64,000 nucleotides of DNA, taken from Cyanophora paradoxa CCMP329. Its lineage: Eukaryota; Plantae; Glaucophyta. A program made the position numbers and the translations under genes. The notes under the pieces were generated by a model. The model worked only from the letters and a program-made list of their open reading frames with translations, was not told where the DNA came from and ran no database searches. Of the stretch, positions 1-11,500 are shown one piece after another; within the stretch, counting starts at the first letter, position 1; the number at the start of each line of letters is the position of its first letter. The stretch is taken from the NCBI GenBank assembly GCA_004431415.1, contig QPMI01000054.1, positions 388,236-452,235 on the forward strand, in the 5' to 3' direction.

Positions 1-161
1 TGGTCCCGGTGGTCCGCCGCCGGTATAGTGGCCTATAGCTAGTAGGAGGCTGTACAGCCTAGCTATATAGCTATATATACTATGCCGGTATACGTAGCTA
101 ATCATGAATATTTTCGAAGCAGGCGTTCAACGGTTCAAGCCACCGGATCGACATATATATA

Positions 162-424
162 CTGTAGAACTAGTTAATTAATTGATTTAGTACAGGAAAA
201 TAATTAGTACTTTGCCAAAACTGCCAATTAATTTAGCAGGTGGTAAAAGATTAGTAGGTCTGTCTTCGGCGACTCTTCGCGGGGCTTTTGTATGGCGGAG
301 ACGGAGCTACTAGTACCCCTAAAAATTCTCTGCTTTAATTAGCAGGCGGGGAATATTAAGTAGATCGTCCAAAAACTTTTAGTACTATAAATATGCAGCC
401 CACTAAATATTTCTAGTTCTACAG
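162..424. mobile_element. Tc1/mariner-type MITE (non-autonomous)
   Basis: Terminal inverted repeats CTGTAGAACTAG (162-173) / CTAGTTCTACAG (413-424), flanked by TA on both sides; AT-rich interior with no ORF. Confidence 0.6.
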
Positions 425-1351
425 TATATATATCTCCGGATTCCGGCCGCCGGGAATCATCCGGATCCGGATCCGGACCGTCGACGTCGCGAATCTACTC
501 GCGATCGGACGCGTCTCCCCGCGCGCGCGTACCCCGGGACAGTGCCACGGTGGAACACGCGATCCAATCGATCGCCATCCAATCGAACTACTCCGATCGA
601 GGTTTCTTCGATCGCGAATTTATAACTTATAAGTCGGCCCGACTACTAAAGTTTTATCGTATATATACTAAACCTGAACATGAGGTGTGGGGGGGGTACG
701 TTGTGCGACCGTAGTTGCAGCGCGGGAGAAGCTAGCAATAGTGCGCATGCGAGGGGGCTCCCGCCCGGCCCGCTCCAACGTTAACAGATCTAGCTAGACC
801 CCCTAGCGCGCGCCGCGCCCACCCTTCTAGGCCCTTCTTAAGGCCGCTACTAAAGCGCTCCGCACGCCGAACTCTTAATTATTTTCAGCTACTAATAAAT
901 TTAGACCGATCAAACTCCGGGAGTTATTCTGTGGTCTTGAATATTGCTCGGATAACAGTATACGTAAGCTTAAGCTTGCTTAGCGCCCGGCCCGGCCCGC
1001 CGCGGGCGGCGCCGGCGCCGGCGGGCCGGGCCGACTCGGCGAGGCCCGGGCCCCGAGGGCGACTGAAGCTAAGCTTGCAATTGCGGGCTTTGCGAAAAAG
1101 AGCCGGGAATTCGAAAGAGCCAAAGGGCTCTACTAGGCTAATTGGTATTTAATATTAAATAAATCGCAGGCGACCAGTAGATATACATCTCTGCAACTTC
1201 ACTGGCAACTTGTACTGTTGTACAAGTTGCATTAATATTGCCAAGTTGTGGCAAGTTACACTGGCAACTACACAGTCTTCACTGGCAATGATTGCAAGTC
1301 ACTGACTCACTGTCGACTCACTAGTACTGAGTACTACTGAGAGTCTCTGAC

Positions 1352-1884
1352 CAGTGATGTCATCATGATAGGTCCCCCAAAATCGTCATCATTATCACAT
1401 CATTATCACCATCATGATGATCATTTTGATATCACTGGGAAGGGGGTACGGACGCGTCATCAGACACTTCAGTGCCCTTTCTGCGCTGTAGAACCTGCTG
1501 TTTGGGAGCAGAATCGTGTTCTTAAGCATACCAATGCTGGGTTAAAGCATCTGGGGATCCGAATGACAAGAGATCATGAGAAATCCACCCAGGGTGACGA
1601 CCTGGGGGTACATGCATAGCCCCTAGTAGTTCTGCCGAGGCGGCCAGAGGCTAGCTATAGCTATAGCGCTCTAGATCTCCAGAGCCTCGAATAACATTCT
1701 TAACATCACCAGAGCACTATATATATAGCACTGTACAGAGCACTTGGAAAGGCGAAAGACGCGAGTTGAGGGGTCGTGATGTCACCATTATGATGAGCGT
1801 GATAGAGGGGGGGTCCCGTATCATGATATCAAAATGTGATATCACATCATTATCATTTTTATCATTATCATGATGCCATCACTG
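1352..1884. mobile_element. hAT-like MITE
   Basis: 19-bp TIRs CAGTGATGTCATCATGATA / TATCATGATGCCATCACTG (1 mismatch); ATC/GAT-rich subterminal repeats; imperfect ~8-bp flanking duplication (ctctgac / ctactgac). Confidence 0.55.
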
Positions 1885-2095
1885 CTACTGACTGCATGGA
1901 TGAATATGGCTGTTTAAATTTGCAACTTTTAAATTTTAATCACAATGGCCACTTGTAACGGTTGAGGCCCCATTAAATTGTAACGGTACGTCTACCGGTT
2001 GCTCCCTGGCACCATAGGGTGCAAGGAGCCACCCAGGACTCGGGTAGTCGGCGGCGACTCGCGGGCCTCTGGAGTCGCGGGCCTCGCGGCGCCTA

Positions 2096-2385
2096 CCGTA
2101 GTACAAACGTTGACCTACCGTGTGGCACTAAATTACTGCGGCGTTAATTAACGCGGTTTCAAAAATGGCCATGGCACTCCTCTGAGCGAAATACCGCGGT
2201 ACCAAATTACCGCGTTTTAGAAAACTTGAGGCTTGTATGGGGCGGCAATTGTGGGGGGTACTGTATAAAGCAACTTGTCTGCAGCTTATTACCGCGGTAC
2301 CAAATTACCGCGTTTTAACAAATTCTCGGCGCGGTAATTTGGTACCGCGGTAATTAAGTGGGCGCGGTATTTATGTGTTCTACGG
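2096..2385. mobile_element. pogo/mariner-like MITE with subterminal repeats
   Basis: TA-flanked imperfect TIRs CCGTAGTACA / TGTTCTACGG; internal motif TACCGCGGTACCAAATTACCGCG at ~2192 and ~2289, inverted at ~2330. Confidence 0.5.
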
Positions 2386-2596
2386 TACCCCTAGGCCTGC
2401 GCTTGGATCGAGGGGATAGTACCGGGCTACTACTACCCTCAGGCCAGAGCCTAGTACGAGTACTCAGGGCTAGCGCTAGTGGCTAGTATAAGGTTGCAGT
2501 CCTCGTCGCAAAGGTCTCCAGACCAAAAGCTTGCCGGGCGCATCGATATCGTTCTCGCTCCCTCGTCAAGTCCGTTCGTATCCGTACGCGTGAACC

Positions 2597-5500
2597 ATGT
2601 CGGTGAGTACGAGCTGCCGCCTAGGCCTGGCGCCTGCAATCGCTCTCGAGCTCGGGCCGCTCCGGTCCGCGGGCGCGGGGCTTACGGGACGCGCGAGCCC
2701 ATCGGTCAACCTCGCCGGCTTGTAGTGCGGTTTTTGACAGACATCCGTTTGCGTCGCAGCTCAAGTGCCAGGCTGTCAAGCGCCTCGCCAGCTACAACGC
2801 CGCCGACGGCAACGATGCGTGCGCTCAGCTCCGGGCCGGCTCTTGATCATAACCAAGACGAAGGCCCGCCCCTGAATTCGCGGCTGCGGGCGCAGGGCGC
2901 AGGCGAAGATCGTCATCAGCAAGTCGCTGGCGAGCACCTTCGATTTCCAGGTCCGCGCATGTTCAGGCCGCCGGGCTACCCGCGCGCACGCAAGCCACGC
3001 TGTGCGTGTGCTCACGGCCGCTGTAGGGCCACCCGAGCGACTTCCGGGCGATCGACACGAACCACGACAACTTCGCGTCCCAGGCCGAACTGGAGACGTT
3101 CTTCGCGGCCCAGGGCCTAGACTCTACCCAGATCAGCAAGCTGGTCCGCCTTGTCGAGATGTCTGAATCGTATTCATACAGGCCACTTAAAAAAATTTGT
3201 TTCGTCGCGCAGGTCGGCCTGTACGATGGTGCGCGAGTTCGAATTCAACGCCTGCGCGGCAATATATATGTGTCGCATCCGACTTTACAGTGGATGCTCG
3301 ATTGTGAGCCGCTAGGGCTCTAGATGATGTATGCAGCCTTCGTGCTGCTAGGCCGACGGCGCCTAGGCTAGTTAGAGCGCCGCGGTCATTTGTATGCGTG
3401 TGTCGGGGTACGCCGTAGTTGGACGGGTACACCCTCAGTCTACCATCACGGTGGCTAACAGCAGCAGCACTCGCCAAACCCCGCCCTGCCGAGCTTGCAC
3501 TCCGCACGGGCTTCTCGCGCGCACGATTAGACACACTAATCTCGCACGCGACAGGCGCCATTCTGCCGGAATCGAACCTTCAAGGGTCTGAGTCCGTATC
3601 GCTCTCCCCAGCCCCGCCGCGCAGCGCGCATCGCTGCGCCGCCTTGCCCAGTGCCTATTGGAGCCAGAGACCTGCTTTCCGCGCGAGCGCCGTCCCCACG
3701 GTTGCTTTGCGTTTGAGTGCGCCGCCCTGTACCGCTTGCGGTTGGACGGTAGTGCACCGGAAACGTCTCTAGTGCCTATCGCGGGCTTCGGGTCATCCCC
3801 AGACCGAAGCGCACGCGCCGAGCTCTCTCTCGAGAGTCTCATCATTGCCTGTCCCATCGCCGGTTGCGAGCAACCGTGCCACGGAGACTGCTGCGAGCAG
3901 CTCTCTAAGTGTCCCTGAGTCGCGCTCTTGCGTGACCGCGAGATCCCCGCGCCGGATTCTGCAGCGAGCTGCAGATCAAATCCCGCGCCTAGTGCTCTCC
4001 CCGGCATCTTGTTCTTGCGGCTTTACGTTGCAAAGAGAACAACATGTCAAACTCCTCGGAACTTCTTAGTTCTGAAGTCCGGAGCCAGCTGTCTGCGCTC
4101 GCGCATGTTGAGCCTGCGAAGGCCGAACTTGCTGTGCAGTACGCCGCCCCCGGCGCCTCGGCTGTGGCTGATGACGATCCCGCGCGGATCGGATTCTTGC
4201 CCGCCCAGCCCCGCCTCGCCGATGGTGACCGGTTCCGCAAGGACGTCCGGAACTATCAGTCGGCGCAGCCGACGAAGTATCTCTTTGGCCCCGACGCTGC
4301 CGGCGGCCAGGAGTATACTAAGTCCGAGGCTCTTGCCGGAGTGATCGTCGGGCGCATCCGCCCCGGCGCCCTCCGCGCCGTAATCGAGCGTAAGCGCGAC
4401 CTCTATGAGGCCTCTATTGCTGGCCTGGAGCGTGACCGCGCTACGCTGCGGCGCCTTGAGCTCGTCCCGGCGAACTTGCGTTCTGCCGATGACGACGCCA
4501 CGATCCTCGCGCTGCAGCAGAGCTGCGCGCGTGATGAGGCCTCAATCGTGGCCACGCGTGATGCGTACTTGCGTGCCCCCGGGCTGCTAGACACGATCAC
4601 GGCGTGGATCCACAAGGCGCGCCCGCACGCGGCCCGCCGGGCCCTCACTGAGCCCTACACGGGCGAGGATCCGCGCTCATGGCACGACTGGTTCTTGCCT
4701 CTCGTCCGGCACACGCTGCCGACGGGCCAGCGCCTCGCCGTGTACTACGCCGAGTGCCTGCGCACTGCGCTTGAGGCCCGTGCGACGAGCGAGGACCCGG
4801 AATATCAGAACCTTGATGTTCGGATGGCCGGGTTCGCGAAGCTGAACGAGCGCACGCTGCGCGAGTTCCTCACTGCGCTGGACCAGCGCATTCTCGCTCT
4901 GGACGGCGCCCTGTCGCCGCTCCAGCTGGACGATCTATTCCTCCAGGCATGCGAGACGCACGGCTGCCGTACCGTGCTGCCACCCCAGGCCATGGTCGCG
5001 CCCGAGGCGCCTGAGACCAAGCGCCCCGCGTGCGCAAAATGGCCGTGGCGGCCGATGACGAGGACGAGCCTGACGAGGCCGTCCCGACGAAATCGGTGCA
5101 CGCCGCCCCCGGCACCAAGGCGCCGCCGGGCGCCCCCGTCTTGAGCCGCCGGCACCCGGACGAGGAAAACCTGGGGTACCCGTGCACCACCACGACGCCA
5201 TGCCCCCTGTGCATGCACGTGGAGATGCCGGCCCTCGACCGCTGCCACTTTACGTGGAATTGCGCGTGGGGCACGGCCCCGTTCCCCGGCATCCCGTACG
5301 CCGACTGGGTGAAGGGGATCGCTGAGAAGCGGGCGGGCTTGAAGCGCCGCGAGCGCGCGACCCGCGAGGACGAGGGCCCCGACCGCGACGAGCGCGGGGA
5401 CCCCGGCCCGAACCGCGGCGGTTACGCCCACCGCGGTGGACACCGCCAGGAGCCGTACCCCCGGGGCGGTTTCCAAGCCCGCGGCGGGTTCCGCGGCGGC

Positions 5501-8500
5501 GCCCGCAGCGGCTACGCCGGCGGCTCCGGCCGTGGCCCGGCCTCCGGCCCGAACCAGCGCCCGCTGGGGAAGGGTAAGGAGACGAGCGAGCAGGATGAGC
5601 AGCGAGGCTGCTGGACCTGCGGCTCGCTGGACCACATGCGCCGGGATTGCCCCTCCGCCCAGGGCAACGCCCAGAGCGGCCGTGGCCGCGGCTATGGCCC
5701 TGAGCAGAACCGCGGGCCCCGGCCCCGGTTCAACCAAGTTCGCGCCGGAGGCGATCCGCCGCGCTCCGAGCCGCCGAACCCGGGCGCTGCCCACATGGCT
5801 GAATTCTTCCAGCATCTGCTGGTTCAGTCGCAGCAGCAAGCCCTGCACGAGGCCGCGCGTGCCGCGAGCTCCTCCTCGGCAGGCAGCAAGCCCGGCCCAG
5901 GCGCCCCGAGCGGCGACCCGTCGATCAAGTCCGTCCTCGTGATGCCCGTGGGCACTGAGACGGACATGGACCTCAGCGTCCCCGTCGCCGCCGTGCGCCA
6001 GCCGGCCGACGCCAGCGTCATCGCCGCCCGGGCGCGTGACCAGGCCGCCTTCGACGCGGCCGCCTCGACCCTCGCCGCCGGCGCCCTTGACGACGCCGCG
6101 CGTGAGACCGAGTTCGAGGCCGCCCTGCGCTTTGCCAGCCCGGCAAGCGACGATGGCTCAGGGGACTCGGAAATCGGCGAGACCGACGCCGACGGACTGA
6201 GCGTCCGCTCGGAGTCCGACCCCCTGGATCCCTGCGGCAAGGGCTCGGGTCTCGAATACGTCGAGAAAAAGCCACTGTCCGCGCCCACCGGGCTGCGGTA
6301 CATGCCCGGCGACCACACCGAGAGCGTGCTCGTTGACTCGCAACGCGAGGGCAGCCGCTTCATTGTCCGCCGCATTGCCCCCCTGCTCATGCCACTCTCT
6401 AAGTGGTACGCGCTGCTGGCCTCGGAGCCTCGCGCGCTGTCGAGGGCCGTCGGGCTCCTCTTCACCAACGGCATGGAGGGGCATAAGCAAATCCCGCTTG
6501 TGCGCAAACTTGCCGGCGAGGGTACGATCGGCATCGTTGCCGATCGCTTCCTGGGCGCCTGCGGACTGAACCGCGCGGACCGTCTCCTCCTGGGTCGCTT
6601 GACTCAGCGCACCGAGGTTAACAACCTCGCTTGCGTGATCGAGACTGCGGCCGTGGTCGCCCGCACGGACCACCGCCTGCATGAGGGCCCGGATTCCGGC
6701 CGCGCTATGCGTGCAATTCTGCGCGCGGCGTTCGCCCACCCCGAGGACCCGGGCTCATGCTCTGGGGTCGGTCCCCCGCCTGACGACTCCGAAGTCGTCT
6801 GGCCCGATCTCGCCTTCGAGTTCGACACCGCGTCGCCGCGCGCGTGGGACGATCTGCTCGCCGCTTGGGAGCAGCACGCCCCGAAGTCGGCATGCTGGGA
6901 CCTCGCATCTGAGGCGAGTTGGCTTAGCGACTCTGATCGCTCGCCAATCTTGTCCCTTCTCGTCGCGTCCGCGTACCTGCTCGCCCAGCCGGGCTTGCAG
7001 TGGCCCCGCATACTGGCTGAGAATGCCAACGGGTATGACGTGGCGTTTGACCCGCGGGACTGGGACGAGACGCCCGATACCCCGGTCTCGCCGGCCCTGA
7101 CGGGCTATCACGCGATGCGCTCGGCACTCGCCGCAGCCCGCGAGATCCTCCACGAGGACTGCGACTTCCACGCATACTGCGTGCAGTTGCTGCTGGCCAT
7201 AATCCGTTTCCGCACCCTCACGGTCGTTCCGGGGGCTCTGGGATTTGGCAAGAACAGCCTCTTTGAGTGGATCACCCCTCACGACGTGGCTCCGCCCGTC
7301 ACTCAGTACCAAACGTATGCCGCAAGGCTGCGTGAGGTCGCCGGCGCTGCTTGCTTCGACAAGAGCTCCGAGGGCACCGTCGCCGCTCGCGTCCTGGCCA
7401 CACAGGCCGAGCGCCGCGCCCGCTGCGTGCGGGGCGAGCCCCCGCTCGTCAACCTTTCCGAGCTCGTCCAGCACGGCTCCGATTTGGACAAGTGGCGCGT
7501 TGTCTACGTGCCCGAGCGCGTCGCCGTGCAGCGCATGGCCCGGCTCATTGACCCGCGGCGCCCCGACGAGTTCAGCTCTCTGCTGTTCTCTGACTGGCTC
7601 CTGGGGATTGGCACGTACCGCGCTGCCCCCACCGTCGTTGTGGACCGCCCCGTCGGTCCCGACGAGGGGCTCCGGTTCCGGCACCACCCGGACGCCGACC
7701 CCCTGATGCGCGGGCCTAGCATCGAGGCGTTCCTCGATCGCCGTTATCCGGTGCCCCGCCGCGATAACCATCGCGAGGTCGACGTGCTCGACCTGCTCGC
7801 CTCCCGCGCCGTCCCGCGCCTTGGTCCGCCGGACCTGGTGAAGAACGAGCGCCGCTCGAGCCCCGAGTTCCTGTGGCTCATGAAAGCGCTGCAAGGAGAA
7901 ATGGATTCCGCCGCTCGCAATGGCGAATTCACGTGGTGTGTGTTCGTCTGGGTCTGCTACTGCATGTCGCAGTCCGGCGTTTACGCCACCACACTCCTTG
8001 ATCAGCCGGCCCACCGCATGCGGTTGGTCTACGGCGAAGTGCGCCGGCGCTATAAGGGCCCCCACACCAACAGTTCGGTGTGGGACAAGCATAACGAAAT
8101 CATCGCTTCGTGCGATGCGTTGGCCCGAACAGTCGCCACCACGCGCCGTGGCCGCGGCAAGCCGACTGCGGCAGCCGCCGGCACCACCGAGGGCCGTGGA
8201 CGAAGCGGCTCGCGCGCCCGCCGCGGTGCCCCTGCTCGCCCGCCCGGCGACCGCGCCGCCGCCAGCGGCAGTTCGGACCCGGGCTCCGGCTCGTCGGATG
8301 AGGGCGAGGGTGGCGCCGCCACGCCGCCTCCAGACGCCATGGAATCCGATGAGCATGCGGGTATTGATGCCGACGCCCGTGAGCGCATGTGGCACGCGCT
8401 CTTCGTCCGAAGCGGCATCGACGCAAAGCTCTTCGAGCTCGTCGGTTGCCCCGCCCCGTCGTCCAACTGGTCGACGTCGGTCGAGCACATGTGGCTCGCG

Positions 8501-11500
8501 ACCAGTGGCCTCACGCAGGCCCAGAACCCGCTCCTGCTGCAAATCGAGCCCCACCCCGAACTCCAGGGCTGGCTCGCAGCAGAAACCGCGCAGCCCCCGT
8601 GGCGCCGGTTTAGCCACTTCCACGCAGACGCCTCGCGCGAGGCGTGGGAGCGACTTGAGCTGAGCGTGCCCCAGCGGCACCCCGCCAACGTGCGGTTCCT
8701 ACGGCGCGCGGTTGCGTCGTTCGAACTTGCAGCCTGGAACTCGGGTCTCTTGACCCCGCGCCCTGAGCTCCCGACGGAGCCGGACCGGTGGACCTGTTCC
8801 CACTGGGACGCGGTTTTCCTGGACCGCTTTGAGTTCCACGTCTCCCGCCTGCCGGGATACTACGTCAATGACCGCTGGCGCGCGTCCCAAAACACGGGGC
8901 CCGGTCTTGATGTCGTCGAGCCCGTGCCTGCCCACGCACGCTGGCTGATGTCGTGCTGGTTCAGCGGACGCACTGGTCCGGGAACCGTGCCCTTTGTTCC
9001 GTACTCGGAACAACAGCTGCCCGAAGAAGTTCGCTTCTTCTACGGGCGCGTCCGCGCGCTGCACCCGGGTTGCGAGGGTCTCGTCTGCGAGCTCGCCTCC
9101 ATGTACCCCCGGACCTGAACATCTCCGAAGTTGTTCAGCGGGCCGCCGCAAAGATGGACGCGGACTCCTGGCTGAGCCAGGAGGTTCGGCTGTACGACAA
9201 CGCCGTCGAAGGGGCCTCTTGGACCCTGGGCGAAATCGACTTCCCCGTCGAGGGCGCGGAAGTCGTCATCCGCTCTCTGCCGTTCGTGCGGTGGATCGAC
9301 GACTGGGCCGGCGCCGTTCGCGCGAACGAGCGCGACGCCGCGGGCGACACGCCCATGGTCGAGGCCACAGCCGCCGCCTCCGCCTCGAGCGCCGCTGCCG
9401 CCGGTCCCTCCGAGCCCCCGGCTCCGGACCCGCAAGCCCCTCCGGGCTCGCGCACTTGGTACGACGGCACGCTCGAGCGCCTGCGGTACTGCGAAAAGTA
9501 CTGCGTGCTGCTCCCGGACCCGCTCGGGGCGGGCTCCGCAACCAACACGTTGCCCGAGCAGCAGCCCTGGGGCGCAATCCCCCGCCTCCGTACTCTCATG
9601 TACGGCGAGAACGGGCCACGGGACTGCGGCCCCGTGTTTAACCCGGGCACACACCTGCAAACGCGCTTCCACCCGGACGCGCTCGACGCCGATGCTGCTC
9701 TGCACAGCCTCGCCTCGACGGTCCTTGGAAACGTCGAAGGGCATAACCGCGGCATCCCTGCCGCGATTTTGCTCTACGGGCCGCCGGTCCCGCCGACTCC
9801 GACCACCCTCGAGGGTGCGGACGTCCAGGGCCTGCCCTACGTGCTCGCGATGATGGGGCTCGATGAGCACATCACTAAGTGGGTCTCCTCGGAGCCCGCT
9901 CTCCCGCTCCGTGAGGACGGGCCGATCACGAAGGCGTACGCCACGCTGAACACGGTCATGCACCACACGTGTCGCATGTCCTACGCGTACCTGCACCGGC
10001 CGCACCAGTTCAACCCCCACGCGGGGCCGAACCGTGCACCACCGCGCAGTCGCGTGGTCGCGTTCAAGGACCCGCGCTTCGGCCGCAAGTTCGGCATCCG
10101 CGTAGTCGCGCAAGCCGACTCGCGCGTGCGCATGCTCGTCCCCGGCGAGCCGGTCCTAAGCTCCGAGCGTGCCTTCGCGGCTGAGCTCGATGCGAACGCC
10201 CTCGACGTCCTCGGCGACGCCGCCGGGAAGAACGCCATCCGCGTCACGCTGGGCCCCGCCCACGTCGCGATGCAGTACCCCTCCGAGGCGGAGGCGCGTC
10301 GCCAGCTCGACCGCTTGCCGCCCCGCGTCTTTACGCTGGGGTACGAGTCCAGCCGGCCGCCGGTGAACCCGATGCACAAGGGGACGCGGATGCACCCGCT
10401 CGTCTGCCCCATCGTCACCGAGAACGGCGCCACGTGGGCACCGCTGCCGACTCGTGAGTTCGTCGCATCCCTGCTTGCGGGGTATGTGAACCACTTGGCC
10501 GGCTGGATCCTCGGCCACGAGCTGCCTGAGCCCCGGCGCCCGGCGCCGGTGGCAGGGTACAACGTGCAGATGCACGTCGTGGGGCCGACCGCGGCCTATG
10601 AGTTCTTGCGGGATATCTGCTATCGCGGTGACCGCAATACTCTGAGCGCTGACAAGCGCGGTAGCCACATGCGCACGGTCGATGGTGACGAGCTTTACGC
10701 TGTCTACCACACCGTCAAAGACAAAGTCCCTACGGACATTGTCGACGAGTACGCGGCCCTCGTTCTGGCCTCCCAGCTTCCGCTGGCGACCCTGTTCTGG
10801 TTCTCCATGCCAGACCTTCCCCGCCCGACCGCTGTCGCCACATCGTGGCTCGACAATGCGCCGGCGTCGAAGAAGCAGCTCGCAGACGCGATGCTGCAGA
10901 TCTGGGGTTTGCCCGCGACGACTCAGCTTCGCGCACTGCTCGCAAAGCATGAGGACACTGTCGGCTGCTTGGATGTTCGCCTCCTTGAGCGCATCCTGCC
11001 CGCCCGTACCACCGCGCACGGCATGCGCGAGTTCTGTCACGTCGACCGTGACACGTGGGCCGCCCGGCATCTCTCGCATGCTGGCGAGGATCACATGCTC
11101 CACGGCCAGGAAGCCACCTCGCGGGCTCTCCTGAGCTGGGTTCAGAAGATCAATGATGTCCTCTGGCCCATCATGACGAGCGCACGCCCGCCGCGCCTCT
11201 TGGTCTCCGACCTTTGGCCGGCGCCGGCTTTCGACACGGTCGCTAAGCCGGATGCGCCCTTCCCCGCACCTGCGGATGCGCCCGACCTGGGCACCACGGT
11301 AATGGCGGTCACGCCGTTCCATTACCGGATGTCGGCTGCCCTCCTCATGCACTGGAGCGGGCGCCGCCCCGAGGTCATCCCGAAGACCCTGCGGGCCCAG
11401 GTCCGGGGTGACTCGACGCCCAAGAAGGCAAAGGACGAAGCGTCCTCTGCCTCGGGCACAACGGGCTCCGGGTCGCGCGAGCCGAGCCCCGCTCCCCGCG

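Noticed and set aside
3355-3366. Tf1-type self-priming between the LTR (GGCGCCT) and the PBS
   Set aside because: Only ~7 nt of mostly palindromic complementarity, much weaker than the 25-nt tRNA-like match.
3554-3600. tRNA gene on the minus strand
   Set aside because: Only the T-loop and 3' acceptor strand are present; the 5' T-stem, anticodon arm and D arm are missing, so it is a PBS.
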